64,000 nucleotides of DNA from NCBI GenBank assembly GCA_018267965.1, contig JAFDXK010000001.1:1195520-1259519 (forward strand). Direction: 5' to 3'. Below, piece after piece: positions 38,601-48,479 of this stretch. Below the pieces are notes generated by a model. The model was given only the letters and a program-made list of their open reading frames with translations, was not told where the DNA came from and did no database searches. A program made the position numbers and the translations under genes. The DNA comes from Bacteroidota bacterium. Lineage in GTDB: Bacteria; Bacteroidota; Bacteroidia; Chitinophagales; Chitinophagaceae. Positions within the stretch are counted from its first letter, which is position 1. Every line of letters starts with the position of its first letter.

Positions 38601-40463
38601 CTAATCAATATCTTTAAAGTTCACTTTGACGTATTTCCAATTCTTGATTAAATACAATGGAACCTTAATCGGACTCTGATAATTAACTGTATCTGCAATA
38701 CTCCTTGCAAAAATAGATACAATAGCATTGGGATTTGACTTTATGTAAGACTCAGAAATAACACCATGGTCTGCTTTGAATCTATCATTAAAAAGTAGTA
38801 TACTTTCTTTTATTCCTGAAAGTTTATATAGCCCTAAGAATAGTTTATTATTAGAAATTTTATCTTCAATGAAATGGTCATTCCATAATTTTAGAACATA
38901 ATATCCAAGCTTCTCTGTAGGATTAAATACTGTTTTCTGTTGAACAATTCTATCCAGATAAATTTCTATATATTTTTTTTGTTCTTGCTTCTGAGATTTA
39001 GTAAGATTAATAATATCAATAAACAGATTAGATGTATTCCGGGTTAAAACGGTAGCCATTGCACTCTCAAGAGGCATATGTGCCAACTCATTCTTAATAT
39101 CATCATCTAAAGGATTATAGTTAGCAATATAAAAGCCTGCTAAATACTCCTGAATAGATTTGTGTGAAAACTGGTAAAGATCATATCCACAAACAAGGAT
39201 AATCCCTGAGTGGTCTCGTATTTCATTTACTACCTCTTCAGGGCTATTCTGAGGTAAATTTGGATAGAATTTTTTTATATCATCGTAAGCTGTAACTAAA
39301 TTTAATCTATTGAAATAAACCAAATTTCTACACAATAATTTATATGCAAGATGAGATAAAAACGATAACTTATCAATGTAATCAAAATTTGCATATTTTG
39401 ATTCTCGATGAATACCCCCTCGAACTTTATCCCAACGCATAAATAATATTTCAATTACGTCTCTATACAAATTTTTTGGGATTTCTGGGATTCTGTTATT
39501 TATTGAATAAAGGCCAGCTAAATAAGATAAAATTAATGGTTGTCCAGCCACATCATTAAATGCTGAATTCATTATTTCTATATAAAACAAACTCCCCTTT
39601 TCTTGTCCAAGCCATTTTTCAGAAAATTCTAAAATTTGAGACGGTTTAAATGGGGCAATTTCAAATACATGAATATTACTAGGGGAAAAGTCAAAATTCG
39701 ATGTTCGTGAAGTAATAATCAACTTTGATTTTTGTAGGTATTGGCTTATCTCATTTAGTTCTTGGTAAACAACAGACTGTTGTAAAATAGGCAACTCATC
39801 AAATCCATCAACAATTAATAAACACTTAAGGGCATCTATATAATCCCATATTTCATGCCTTATTTTCGCACTTTCAACCTTGAAATCTTTGAAAATATCT
39901 TTATTATGTCGCACTAGAATTCCTAATTCTTCTTGCAAATATTCAGTAACAACATATTTACATTTAACATCTGTATTATTTATTTTTCTGCATAAAACAA
40001 CTAGTGGACAAGTATAATCCGACAAATAATTTTCCTCTGTGATGCATTTATACGTAATCATTTTCATGGATGTTGTTTTACCCATCCCTGCTTCCCCAAC
40101 AATTGCAAGATGCTTATCTGTTTGAGAGAAAATTGTATCTATAAGCTTCTCATTGGTACCCTGATTTGCAAAATGATTATATCGCGCAGTAACATAATAC
40201 TCCAAATCTATATAAGTATTTTTGACATCTTTTGAATTTTCAAAACTGATACCTTCTAAGTTTTGACACCAAGATTGTATTTTTTTTGAGAGATTTTGGA
40301 ATGAATGCTCTAGTTCATGTTTTGACACTTTTAAATTAATGTCTTCTCTTTTAAGCCCTTCACGCAGTTTAGTATATGCTTCATTAAAAGCTTTTTCAAA
40401 CAAAAAAGACGTTATTCCCATGAGATAGATTATATAAATAATAAATATAGCAATACAAATCAA
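38601..40463 (-). CDS. Membrane-anchored NACHT-domain (STAND) NTPase
   Basis: 620 aa with an N-terminal TM helix (MICIAIFIIYIIYLMGITSFLF). The NACHT motifs are Walker A GEAGMGKTT, Walker B LLIVDGFDE, sensor IITSRTS, a GxP-like AGQPLIL, and a winged-helix signature FSHKSIQEYLAGFY. The gene is strongly AT-rich compared with its neighbours. Confidence 0.8.
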   Translation of the reverse strand: MICIAIFIIYIIYLMGITSFLFEKAFNEAYTKLREGLKREDINLKVSKHELEHSFQNLSKKIQSWCQNLEGISFENSKDVKNTYIDLEYYVTARYNHFANQGTNEKLIDTIFSQTDKHLAIVGEAGMGKTTSMKMITYKCITEENYLSDYTCPLVVLCRKINNTDVKCKYVVTEYLQEELGILVRHNKDIFKDFKVESAKIRHEIWDYIDALKCLLIVDGFDELPILQQSVVYQELNEISQYLQKSKLIITSRTSNFDFSPSNIHVFEIAPFKPSQILEFSEKWLGQEKGSLFYIEIMNSAFNDVAGQPLILSYLAGLYSINNRIPEIPKNLYRDVIEILFMRWDKVRGGIHRESKYANFDYIDKLSFLSHLAYKLLCRNLVYFNRLNLVTAYDDIKKFYPNLPQNSPEEVVNEIRDHSGIILVCGYDLYQFSHKSIQEYLAGFYIANYNPLDDDIKNELAHMPLESAMATVLTRNTSNLFIDIINLTKSQKQEQKKYIEIYLDRIVQQKTVFNPTEKLGYYVLKLWNDHFIEDKISNNKLFLGLYKLSGIKESILLFNDRFKADHGVISESYIKSNPNAIVSIFARSIADTVNYQSPIKVPLYLIKNWKYVKVNFKDID

Positions 40464-40570
40464 TAAATTATTATTAAAATTTAGGTAGTTATTGTGATTT
40501 CTTTGACATATTGATATAGTAGAAAAAACAACTAACTCATTTCATTAATTTTATAGTTTAACTTGGCATA

Positions 40571-41557
40571 GTGCTGACGGATAACCACGGAAGAAAAATC
40601 AATTATTTAAGGCTGGCTGTAACTGACAGATGCAACCTGCGCTGCAGCTATTGTATGCCCGAAGAAGGCATTAATTGGCTGGATAGAAAGGAGCTGATGA
40701 GTTATGAAGAAATGCTGGTTACCTGCAGCCTGTTGGTAAAGATGGGTATAGAGAAAATACGCATTACAGGTGGCGAGCCTTTTGTGCGTAAGGACATGAT
40801 GCCGTTCCTGGAACAATTATCTCAGTTGCAGGGATTAAAAGAATTAACACTAACCACTAACGGTGTGTTGACAGCGCCTTTGATACCTGAACTGAAAAGA
40901 TTGGGTATTCGTTCCATCAACCTGAGTCTTGACACATTAGACAGGAACCGTTTTTTCGCTATCAGTTTTCGGGATGAGTTTGATGCGGTATTAGAAACCA
41001 TAGATACTGCTTTGCAACATGGCATAGAACTGAAAACAAATACGGTGGTGATGGATGGCAAGAATACGATGGACATCATTCCGATGGTTAACCTGACCAA
41101 AGACCTGCCTATTAGTGTGCGTTTTATAGAAGAGATGCCTTTCAACGGTGGAGAAGCACACTACAAGCATTGGGAATGGAACCATGTAAAAATACTGAAC
41201 ACTATTAAAGAGGCTTATCCGGGTATTGAAAAGATACAGGATGCCGCCTACTCTACTGCCTACAACTATCATATACCGGGTCATAAGGGCAATGTAGGCA
41301 TTATAGCAGCTTATACACGTTCGTTTTGCGGCACTTGCAACAGGTTACGCATAACACCTGAAGGCATACTGAAGACCTGCCTGTATGATAATGGCGTGCT
41401 CAACATGAAACAACTGATGAGAGATGGCTTGTCTGCCGAAGAAATAGAACAGCAATTACTGAACAAAATAAAAAGCCGTGCAGCAAACGGCCACGAAGCA
41501 GAACGCAACAGGCTTAATAACCCCGTGCATGAATCGATGAGCACGATAGGCGGATAA
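40571..41557 (+). CDS. moaA: GTP 3',8-cyclase (molybdenum cofactor biosynthesis protein A)
   Basis: 328 aa with a radical-SAM CNLRCSYCMP cluster motif and a C-terminal second cluster (CGTCNRLR). Confidence 0.9.
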   Translation: MLTDNHGRKINYLRLAVTDRCNLRCSYCMPEEGINWLDRKELMSYEEMLVTCSLLVKMGIEKIRITGGEPFVRKDMMPFLEQLSQLQGLKELTLTTNGVLTAPLIPELKRLGIRSINLSLDTLDRNRFFAISFRDEFDAVLETIDTALQHGIELKTNTVVMDGKNTMDIIPMVNLTKDLPISVRFIEEMPFNGGEAHYKHWEWNHVKILNTIKEAYPGIEKIQDAAYSTAYNYHIPGHKGNVGIIAAYTRSFCGTCNRLRITPEGILKTCLYDNGVLNMKQLMRDGLSAEEIEQQLLNKIKSRAANGHEAERNRLNNPVHESMSTIGG

Positions 41558-41566
41558 TCTACAAAC

Positions 41567-42769
41567 ATGGTAAGCGTATCACAGGCAGATAATATTGTTC
41601 TTGCTAACACCAAAGATTTTGGTGTTGAGACTTTGTCGTTTGAAGATTGCTTAGGACGCGTATTAGCAGAAGACCTAATTGCAGACAGGGACCTTCCGCC
41701 CTATAACAGGGTGGCGATGGATGGCATAGCTATTGTGTTTGATGCCTTTCAAAACGGTATTATGCGATTTAAAATAGCAGGAACACAAGCAGCTGGCGAT
41801 AAACCTATTGAGATTACCGACAATGAGCAATGCGTAGAGATAATGACGGGTGCAGCATTGCCCGATAGCCTTGATACCATAATACGATATGAAGATGTGA
41901 AGATGGAAGATGGATTTGCTACGATACTAATAAAAGACATCAGAAAAGGACAAAATATACATTGCAAAGGCATAGATAAAAAGCAGGGCGAGATTGTAGT
42001 AAGGAGTGGAGCTTATATAACGCCAGCAGTTATCAATATGGCTGCGTCGGTTGGTAAAACAAGTCTGGCAGTTAAGAAAAACCCTAAGGTGGTTATCATT
42101 ACCACCGGAGATGAAGTAATAGCTGTTGACAAAACGCCTTCGCCCTATGAAGTACGCCAGTCGAATAACTATGCTGCGAAAGCTGTATTGCAACAATATA
42201 GTGTAGCTGCAGAGTTACTGCACATAGTTGACGATGCGGAAAAAGTTAAACAACAGTTAGCAAATTGTCTGTCGCAATATGATGCCATTATCTTAAGCGG
42301 TGGAATATCGATGGGTAAGTTTGATTATGTTCCGCAGGCATTGCAGGTATTACAAGTAGAACAATTATTTTATAAAGTGCAGCAACGCCCGGGCAAACCA
42401 TTCTGGTTTGGGAAGCATGGTAATGGCACTGTAGTCTTTGCTTTCCCCGGCAACCCGGTATCAACCTTTATGTGTTTGCACAGGTATTTTATTCCGTGGC
42501 TGAAAAGCTGCTGGGGATTAGAGATACCAAAAGCTTACGCGATACTGAATAGCGAGGTAACCTTTGCTCCGCCTTTACAATATTTCATGCAGGTAAAGTT
42601 GCGAATGAATAAACAAGCACAGCTAGTTGCTACACCAACAGAAGGACACGGCTCGGGAGACTTTGCCAACTTGTTAGAGTCTAATGCTTTTATGGAACTT
42701 CCTGCTGAATTGAATAACTTTAAACAAGGGGAAATATATCCTATATGGACTTTTAGCCCTGTGATATAA
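41567..42769 (+). CDS. moeA: Molybdopterin molybdotransferase
   Basis: 400 aa matching the MoeA fold (GDEV...SGGISMGKFD). Confidence 0.85.
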   Translation: MVSVSQADNIVLANTKDFGVETLSFEDCLGRVLAEDLIADRDLPPYNRVAMDGIAIVFDAFQNGIMRFKIAGTQAAGDKPIEITDNEQCVEIMTGAALPDSLDTIIRYEDVKMEDGFATILIKDIRKGQNIHCKGIDKKQGEIVVRSGAYITPAVINMAASVGKTSLAVKKNPKVVIITTGDEVIAVDKTPSPYEVRQSNNYAAKAVLQQYSVAAELLHIVDDAEKVKQQLANCLSQYDAIILSGGISMGKFDYVPQALQVLQVEQLFYKVQQRPGKPFWFGKHGNGTVVFAFPGNPVSTFMCLHRYFIPWLKSCWGLEIPKAYAILNSEVTFAPPLQYFMQVKLRMNKQAQLVATPTEGHGSGDFANLLESNAFMELPAELNNFKQGEIYPIWTFSPVI

Positions 42770-42770
42770 C

Positions 42771-43241
42771 ATGAATGAATTTTCGCACATAGACAAGAAA
42801 GGACAAGCTACAATGGTAGACGTGAGCGAGAAAGCTGTAACCAAACGTACAGCCACAGCGCGGAGCATTGTAAGCCTGCCTGAAGAAGTATTTGAGAAAC
42901 TGAAAGATGGCGATATACAAACCAAGAAGGGTGCAGTATTTCAGACTGCTATTATTGCGGGCATTATGGCAGCAAAGAAAACAGGAGAACTGATACCACT
43001 TTGCCATCCTTTAGGATTGGATAATTGCAATATAGAAATACAAACAAAAGGCAACGAGGTTATCATACAATGCACAGCCAGCATCACTGCTAAAACAGGC
43101 ATTGAAATGGAAGCATTAGTTGGTGCATCAATCACAGCGCTGACGGTATATGATATGTGCAAAGCTTTATCGCACGATATAGTGATAAAAGAAACGATGT
43201 TGATTGAAAAAACAGGTGGCAAACGTGATTTCAAACGATAA
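42771..43241 (+). CDS. moaC: Cyclic pyranopterin monophosphate synthase
   Basis: 156 aa with MoaC motifs (MVDVSEK, IPLCHPL, EALVGASIT). Confidence 0.9.
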   Translation: MNEFSHIDKKGQATMVDVSEKAVTKRTATARSIVSLPEEVFEKLKDGDIQTKKGAVFQTAIIAGIMAAKKTGELIPLCHPLGLDNCNIEIQTKGNEVIIQCTASITAKTGIEMEALVGASITALTVYDMCKALSHDIVIKETMLIEKTGGKRDFKR

Positions 43242-43842
43242 AGGCATATTGAACGGTTTAGTGTTAGCAGGAGGGAAAAGCCTGCGCATGGGCGAAGACA
43301 AAAGCCAAATCAAATGGCACGAAAAAGAGCAATTGTATTATGTAGCTGATTTGTTGAATAGCATTTGTGATGATGTGTGTATATCGTGTAGAGAGGAACA
43401 GGCAACAAGCATAGACACATTTTACCAAGTACTCACTGACAAATATGAAGGCAAAGGGCCATTTGGCGCTATACTATCTGCATTTACACATCAACATGAT
43501 TGTGCTTGGTTGGTAGTTGCGTGCGATTTGCCTTTGTTAGATAAAGAGACATTACAATACCTGATTGCAAACAGAGACACTTCATACATTGCTACAACAT
43601 TTGAAAGCCCGCATGATAGTTTACCAGAACCACTGATCACTATTTGGGAACCACAATGCTACCCTATCTTGCAATCTTTCTTGTCAGAAGGTATCAGTTG
43701 CCCGAGAAAAGTATTGAGAAGCCAAGTAGATAAAGTAAAAATCATCAAGCCGCTTAATCCCGAAGCATTGATGAATGCCAACACACCTGAAGATGCTGCA
43801 ATAGTTAGAAATATTATTCAACAACGGATGGTGAATGGATAA
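43204..43842 (+). CDS. mobA: Molybdenum cofactor guanylyltransferase
   Basis: About 200 aa with LAGGKSLRMG and a C-terminal region typical of MobA. It overlaps the moaC 3' end. The true start may be a downstream GTG/TTG. Confidence 0.7.
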   Translation: MKKQVANVISNDKGILNGLVLAGGKSLRMGEDKSQIKWHEKEQLYYVADLLNSICDDVCISCREEQATSIDTFYQVLTDKYEGKGPFGAILSAFTHQHDCAWLVVACDLPLLDKETLQYLIANRDTSYIATTFESPHDSLPEPLITIWEPQCYPILQSFLSEGISCPRKVLRSQVDKVKIIKPLNPEALMNANTPEDAAIVRNIIQQRMVNG

Positions 43843-44863
43843 GGAGTTTGCACGATATAGCTGCCAGGTGGCATTGCCGGGGTTTGGAGAACAAGCACAG
43901 CTAGCACTTCAGCATGCTAAAGTATTAGTTGTAGGCATGGGCGGATTGGGTTGCCCTGCCACGCAGTACTTAGCAACAAGTGGTATTGGCACTTTAGGAA
44001 TTGTTGATGATGATATTATTTCTGTAAGCAACCTGCACAGGCAGATATTGTATAATGAAAATGAAGTTGGACAAAAGAAAGTAGTTATTGCAAAACAAAA
44101 ATTGCAACAATTAAATCCGTCAGCTAATATCATTGTTCATGAAACGAAGATTAATAGCGACAATGCACTAGACATCATCAACGATTATGATATAGTGCTT
44201 GACTGTACTGACAATTTCGACACGACCTATTTATTGAATGACGCCTGTGTGATAGCAGACAAGCCACTTGCTTACGGAGCCATCTATCAATACGAAGGAC
44301 AAGTAGCAGTTTGGAATGCTACAAATGCTGATGGTTCAAAAAGCCCTAACTACAGAGATGTATTCCCTGATGTGAATGCAGCAATGATACCGGATTGTGC
44401 AGACGGTGGCGTACTCCCTACCCTTGCAGGTATTATAGGTTGTATGCAGGCTAACGAAGTAATTAAATACATAACGAAGACTGGAGAAATTTTAGCAGGC
44501 AAGCTATTGATATTCGATGCTCAAACCATGCAAAACAGGGTGATGAAGATTAGCGGTGTAACTAAGACAAATATTACTTCATTAGAGCAAAGCATAAATA
44601 TTCCAACCATTACTATCCAAGAATTACAATCGTCCATTGATGATTATGAGTTGATAGATGTGCGTAGTATAGAAGAACATATTGCTTTCAATATTGGCGG
44701 CAGAAATATTCCTTTAGACGAGATTGTCTCGTTCATACCCAATGGCAAAACTGTAGTGTTCTATTGCGCAAGTGGCAAACGAAGCGCAGAAGCAGTTAGG
44801 ATTATTAAACAGCAAAATCTCAACATAGCTGCTTTGTCATTAGAAGGTGGAATTAACCATTAA
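43835..44863 (+). CDS. moeB: Molybdopterin-synthase adenylyltransferase MoeB/MoeZ with C-terminal rhodanese domain
   Basis: 342 aa. The ThiF/MoeB fold (GMGGLGCP, CxxC) is followed by a rhodanese-like C-terminal domain with the active-site Cys in FYCASGKRS. Confidence 0.85.
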   Translation: MDKEFARYSCQVALPGFGEQAQLALQHAKVLVVGMGGLGCPATQYLATSGIGTLGIVDDDIISVSNLHRQILYNENEVGQKKVVIAKQKLQQLNPSANIIVHETKINSDNALDIINDYDIVLDCTDNFDTTYLLNDACVIADKPLAYGAIYQYEGQVAVWNATNADGSKSPNYRDVFPDVNAAMIPDCADGGVLPTLAGIIGCMQANEVIKYITKTGEILAGKLLIFDAQTMQNRVMKISGVTKTNITSLEQSINIPTITIQELQSSIDDYELIDVRSIEEHIAFNIGGRNIPLDEIVSFIPNGKTVVFYCASGKRSAEAVRIIKQQNLNIAALSLEGGINH

Positions 44864-45276
44864 GGATGGGCTGACACCCAGACTTCGCCATCTTCAAAAA
44901 TCTCTTTCTTAAATATTGGTACTGTTTTCTTTAGTGTATCGATAGCATAACGGCAGGCATCAAATGCAGCATCACGGTGTGCAGCTGATACAGCAATAAC
45001 AACAGGCACCTCACCAACTGAAAGTTTACCTATACGATGATGAATGAGTATCCTGTCAACAGGCCATTTAGTAATAACTTCATCAGCAATTTTTTTCATT
45101 TCGCTGAGTGCCATAGCGGCATACGCTTCAAAATCCAATGCGAGCACTTTTTTGCCTTTAGTTGTATCTCTGACCGTACCAATAAACACATCAACACCTC
45201 CTGAAGTGGGAGTTCTTACCCATTCTATACAGGCAGCAATATCTACAGCTTCGTTTTGTAATTGAATATCTATCAT
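44860..45276 (-). CDS. moaE: Molybdopterin synthase catalytic subunit
   Basis: 138 aa with MoaE similarity. It is translationally coupled to upstream moaD by a 1-nt overlap. Confidence 0.85.
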   Translation of the reverse strand: MIDIQLQNEAVDIAACIEWVRTPTSGGVDVFIGTVRDTTKGKKVLALDFEAYAAMALSEMKKIADEVITKWPVDRILIHHRIGKLSVGEVPVVIAVSAAHRDAAFDACRYAIDTLKKTVPIFKKEIFEDGEVWVSAHP

Positions 45277-45515
45277 TAGCCTCCGCTTACTGGTGGAATT
45301 ATCGCGATTTCATCTCCTTCTTTAATAGCAGTTGTATCTGTTGCATATTCATTGTTCACAGCTACCATATAGTGAGCCAGTTTTTTCAGCTCGGGATATT
45401 TATCTGCAAGCATTTGTTTTAATGCCCCGGCATCTGCAACTTCACAATCTATCTCCAACTGAGGAGCCTTAAATATATCTTTTACTATCCCAAACGCGAG
45501 TAATGTAATTTTCAC
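45276..45515 (-). CDS. moaD: Molybdopterin synthase sulfur-carrier subunit
   Basis: 79 aa ubiquitin-like protein ending in Gly-Gly (PPVSGG). Confidence 0.85.
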   Translation of the reverse strand: MKITLLAFGIVKDIFKAPQLEIDCEVADAGALKQMLADKYPELKKLAHYMVAVNNEYATDTTAIKEGDEIAIIPPVSGG

Positions 45516-45516
45516 T

Positions 45517-46269
45517 CTATGCTACGTTTAAATGTTTGATTAATACCTCTACCCCTGCAGCAAATACCAAAACCGCAGTAATGCGTCTTATCCATAACAT
45601 ATCGAATTTCCGGATACTTATCCTCGACCCAAACTGTCCGCCCAATAATACTGTCACTGCTAATATAGTGGCCCTTTTATAATCAAAACCCTGGGGAATA
45701 TCTGATAATTGCCCGGCAATACCGGCTAATGAATTGACTAAAATAAACAGGCTGGCGGTAGCAGCTATGCGCTTTGATGTGTCCCAATTCATCAAATTTA
45801 AGATTGGGGATAAAAAAATACCCCCACCTATTCCTACTAATCCTGACAAAAAACCAATACTTCCACCCAACAAACCCTCTTTAACAACATTGGCAGACTG
45901 ATTGTATGTCTTTCCGGAAGGCTCAATTTTAAGCCATAAAAGTAGCGAAGCAATCAATAGGCAAACACCTAATATGATAAAATACGCCTCAGCTTCTAAC
46001 TTAATTTTTGCACCTAAAAAGGCCATAGGAATGCTTATTATTATCAAAGGGAGTACCTTTTTCCATAAAACCTGTCCATTTTTGATATAGATATAGGTTC
46101 CTCCAGCTACCACTATCACATTACACAATAATGCAATAAGTTTTAACTCTTTAAAAGGCAGCGCATATAAAGCCAATATAGCTATGTAACTGGAGCCTCC
46201 TCCAAATCCAACTGATGCATAAATTGCTGCAATACAGAAGAAAAAAACGAATATTTCCCAGTGTTGCAT
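45517..46269 (-). CDS. Sulfite exporter TauE/SafE family membrane protein
   Basis: 250 aa with 7-8 TM helices and internal duplication, typical of TauE/SafE. Confidence 0.75.
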   Translation of the reverse strand: MQHWEIFVFFFCIAAIYASVGFGGGSSYIAILALYALPFKELKLIALLCNVIVVAGGTYIYIKNGQVLWKKVLPLIIISIPMAFLGAKIKLEAEAYFIILGVCLLIASLLLWLKIEPSGKTYNQSANVVKEGLLGGSIGFLSGLVGIGGGIFLSPILNLMNWDTSKRIAATASLFILVNSLAGIAGQLSDIPQGFDYKRATILAVTVLLGGQFGSRISIRKFDMLWIRRITAVLVFAAGVEVLIKHLNVA

Positions 46270-46358
46270 AAATCCTAAATATGTAAGAGATTTGCAGGCA
46301 AATATCTTATTTTAACCTGACAATCGTTAACACCGTAATTCTCAATAAAAACAATCGT

Positions 46359-47117
46359 ATGAAATTTAAATTCATGACTCGTAAGGCCATTTTAGTTTTA
46401 GCTCTGTTAGCAATAGTTTTCTCATCATGTAACCGTGGTTATATTGTAAACACAGGAATCGAGAGAGGCACATTGAAACTTAACCTAAAATATATGGTTG
46501 ACGACAAAGCTTTTCAACTGGACTCTTTGATCTACAGGAACGATGGTAATGAAACTTACAGTGTTACACGCTTACAGTATTTTATTTCAGGTGTAAAACT
46601 TTACAAAAGAGATATTGAATTATATACTTCTAACAAAGTATTCTATGTAGACGCAAGGAATCCGCTTACATCTATCATAACACTTGACAGTGTAGCTGCT
46701 ATAGCTTATGACCGTATGGATTTCCAAATTGGTGTTGTGGATGCTAAAAATTACTATGGCAATATTGACAATACTCCTGAAAATAATGCGATGAAATGGT
46801 CTAGCAATGCTGCTGACGGTTATGCATTTATCAAACTTGATGGTAAATATAAAGATGTAGGCCAGACTACACCAGCCGACTACATGATAGCTACAGGTAC
46901 AGCTGGCTATCAATCAAAGGTTAAGCTGATACATTACATTAGCGTACCGGTTAGGCGTACTGCAAGCATCAACGTAGTGATGAACATCAATAACTGGTTT
47001 AGAGGTCAATATGGTTACTATCATTTTATCCTTGATGGTGCCAGCACGTATAACAACCCTACACTGATGAATAAAATCAGGTGGAACGGTTACGATGTAT
47101 TCTACATTCAGGACTAA
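46359..47117 (+). CDS. Hypothetical lipoprotein
   Basis: 252 aa with a signal peptide and lipobox (FSSCN). Aromatic-rich. There is a possible, unverified resemblance to MbnP-like copper-binding lipoproteins. Confidence 0.4.
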   Translation: MKFKFMTRKAILVLALLAIVFSSCNRGYIVNTGIERGTLKLNLKYMVDDKAFQLDSLIYRNDGNETYSVTRLQYFISGVKLYKRDIELYTSNKVFYVDARNPLTSIITLDSVAAIAYDRMDFQIGVVDAKNYYGNIDNTPENNAMKWSSNAADGYAFIKLDGKYKDVGQTTPADYMIATGTAGYQSKVKLIHYISVPVRRTASINVVMNINNWFRGQYGYYHFILDGASTYNNPTLMNKIRWNGYDVFYIQD

Positions 47118-47135
47118 TTTCTTCAACATATACAT

Positions 47136-47171
47136 AAAAAAATATCCCGCTTAATAGCGGGATATTTTTTT
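47136..47171. terminator. Bidirectional rho-independent terminator
   Basis: aaaaaa-atatcccgc-ttaata-gcgggatat-ttttttt lies between convergent genes (47117 + and 47170 -). Confidence 0.8.
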
Positions 47172-47940
47172 ATGTCATTAATAGCTCAAGAAACGCAGGG
47201 CAATGATCTGAATGTTTTACATCAGGATGAATAGCCACTTTCTTTATCTTAGGTTTTAACGAATCTGTTACACCTATATAATCTATCCTCCAACCTTTAT
47301 TTTCAAGCCTAACAGAAGGGAAACGTGCACTCCACCATGTATAATGATGAGGATCGGGATTCAGTACCCTGAAACTATCTACAAAACCTTTCTCCCAAAA
47401 CTTATCCAGCCATGCGCGCTCCTCTGGCAGAAAACCGCTGGTATTTTTGTTTCCTTTAGGATTATGAATATCAATATCCTTATTAGCAATATTATAGTCT
47501 CCGCATATAATCAGGTTCTTCCTGGTTTTTCTGAGCTTTATCAAATACTCCTGAAACTCATCCAGCCATTGGTATTTATACGTTTGTCTCTCATCACCAC
47601 TTGTCCCACTTGGGAAATAGGCATTAATCAAACTAATATCTCCAAAATCGGCACGTATCACCCTACCTTCAGCATCACTCTGCATAATGCCATTGCCGTA
47701 ATGCACTTTATCAGGTTTTATTTTGGTGAAAATAGCTACACCACTATACCCCTTCTTTTCAGCTGAAAACCAATATGTCTCATAACCCAGTTGCTCAATA
47801 TGGGTTACATCCACATCTTCTTTTGTCGCCTTCGTCTCCTGCAGGCAAACAATATCTGCGGGGTTGGTCTTTAGCCAATCAACAAATCCCTTTTTGATAG
47901 CAGCGCGTATACCGTTTACGTTGTATGTTATTATTCTCAT
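47170..47940 (-). CDS. xth: Exodeoxyribonuclease III
   Basis: 256 aa with MRIITYNVNGIR, catalytic residues and a C-terminal SDHCP motif of the ExoIII/APE family. Confidence 0.9.
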   Translation of the reverse strand: MRIITYNVNGIRAAIKKGFVDWLKTNPADIVCLQETKATKEDVDVTHIEQLGYETYWFSAEKKGYSGVAIFTKIKPDKVHYGNGIMQSDAEGRVIRADFGDISLINAYFPSGTSGDERQTYKYQWLDEFQEYLIKLRKTRKNLIICGDYNIANKDIDIHNPKGNKNTSGFLPEERAWLDKFWEKGFVDSFRVLNPDPHHYTWWSARFPSVRLENKGWRIDYIGVTDSLKPKIKKVAIHPDVKHSDHCPAFLELLMT

Positions 47941-47941
47941 G

Positions 47942-48406
47942 TTATTCTGTTATTTGTTGTCTTATTTGTGATTCTAGTGCTTTAGCCCAGTTGATTACGG
48001 CTGTTTTTTCTGCATCGGTCAGAATAGCATCTTTATGAATCCATGTGTAAGAAGATAAAGGCATTTCATTCTTTTCAATCATTTTCACTACTTCTTCCAT
48101 CTTATGTGCCTGTTTCTTCTTTTTATACGTAGCGAATTCTGAAAAGTTGATTTCTTCTTTGCCTTCATTTATATGATTCTGCATCCATAAACCTACAGGT
48201 TGGATATTTGTGTACCACGGATAGCGCGTGTTATTGCTATGGCAATCATAACAAGCTTTTTTCAGAGTTTCATGCACGTCTGCAGGAACATTATACGCTG
48301 TGCTGATATCATTCACAGCAGCAGCATCTGATATATTTCTTGAGGGGCGGATAAATTGAAGAACGACAAAGAGTATTATTAACCCAATAAATATCTTCTT
48401 GAACAT
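47942..48406 (-). CDS. Haem-binding domain protein (CxxCH-containing)
   Basis: 154 aa with an N-terminal TM helix and a CYDCHSNNTRYPWY motif typical of the small haem-binding domain family. Confidence 0.6.
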   Translation of the reverse strand: MFKKIFIGLIILFVVLQFIRPSRNISDAAAVNDISTAYNVPADVHETLKKACYDCHSNNTRYPWYTNIQPVGLWMQNHINEGKEEINFSEFATYKKKKQAHKMEEVVKMIEKNEMPLSSYTWIHKDAILTDAEKTAVINWAKALESQIRQQITE

Positions 48407-48429
48407 AGATTTCGATTTAGCACAAATTA

Positions 48430-48463
48430 AAAAAACGCCGCAACATATTCATGCGCGGCGTTT
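48430..48463 (-). terminator. Rho-independent terminator for the S9 peptidase gene
   Basis: aacgccgc...gcggcgtt hairpin. The reverse complement is followed by ttttttaattt. Confidence 0.65.
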
Positions 48464-48479
48464 CTATTAGCAGGTTAAA

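Noticed and set aside
40464-40570. Moco riboswitch upstream of moaA
   Set aside because: The intergenic region is only about 107 nt and extremely AT-rich. It lacks the paired GC-rich stems needed for the roughly 140-nt Moco RNA motif.
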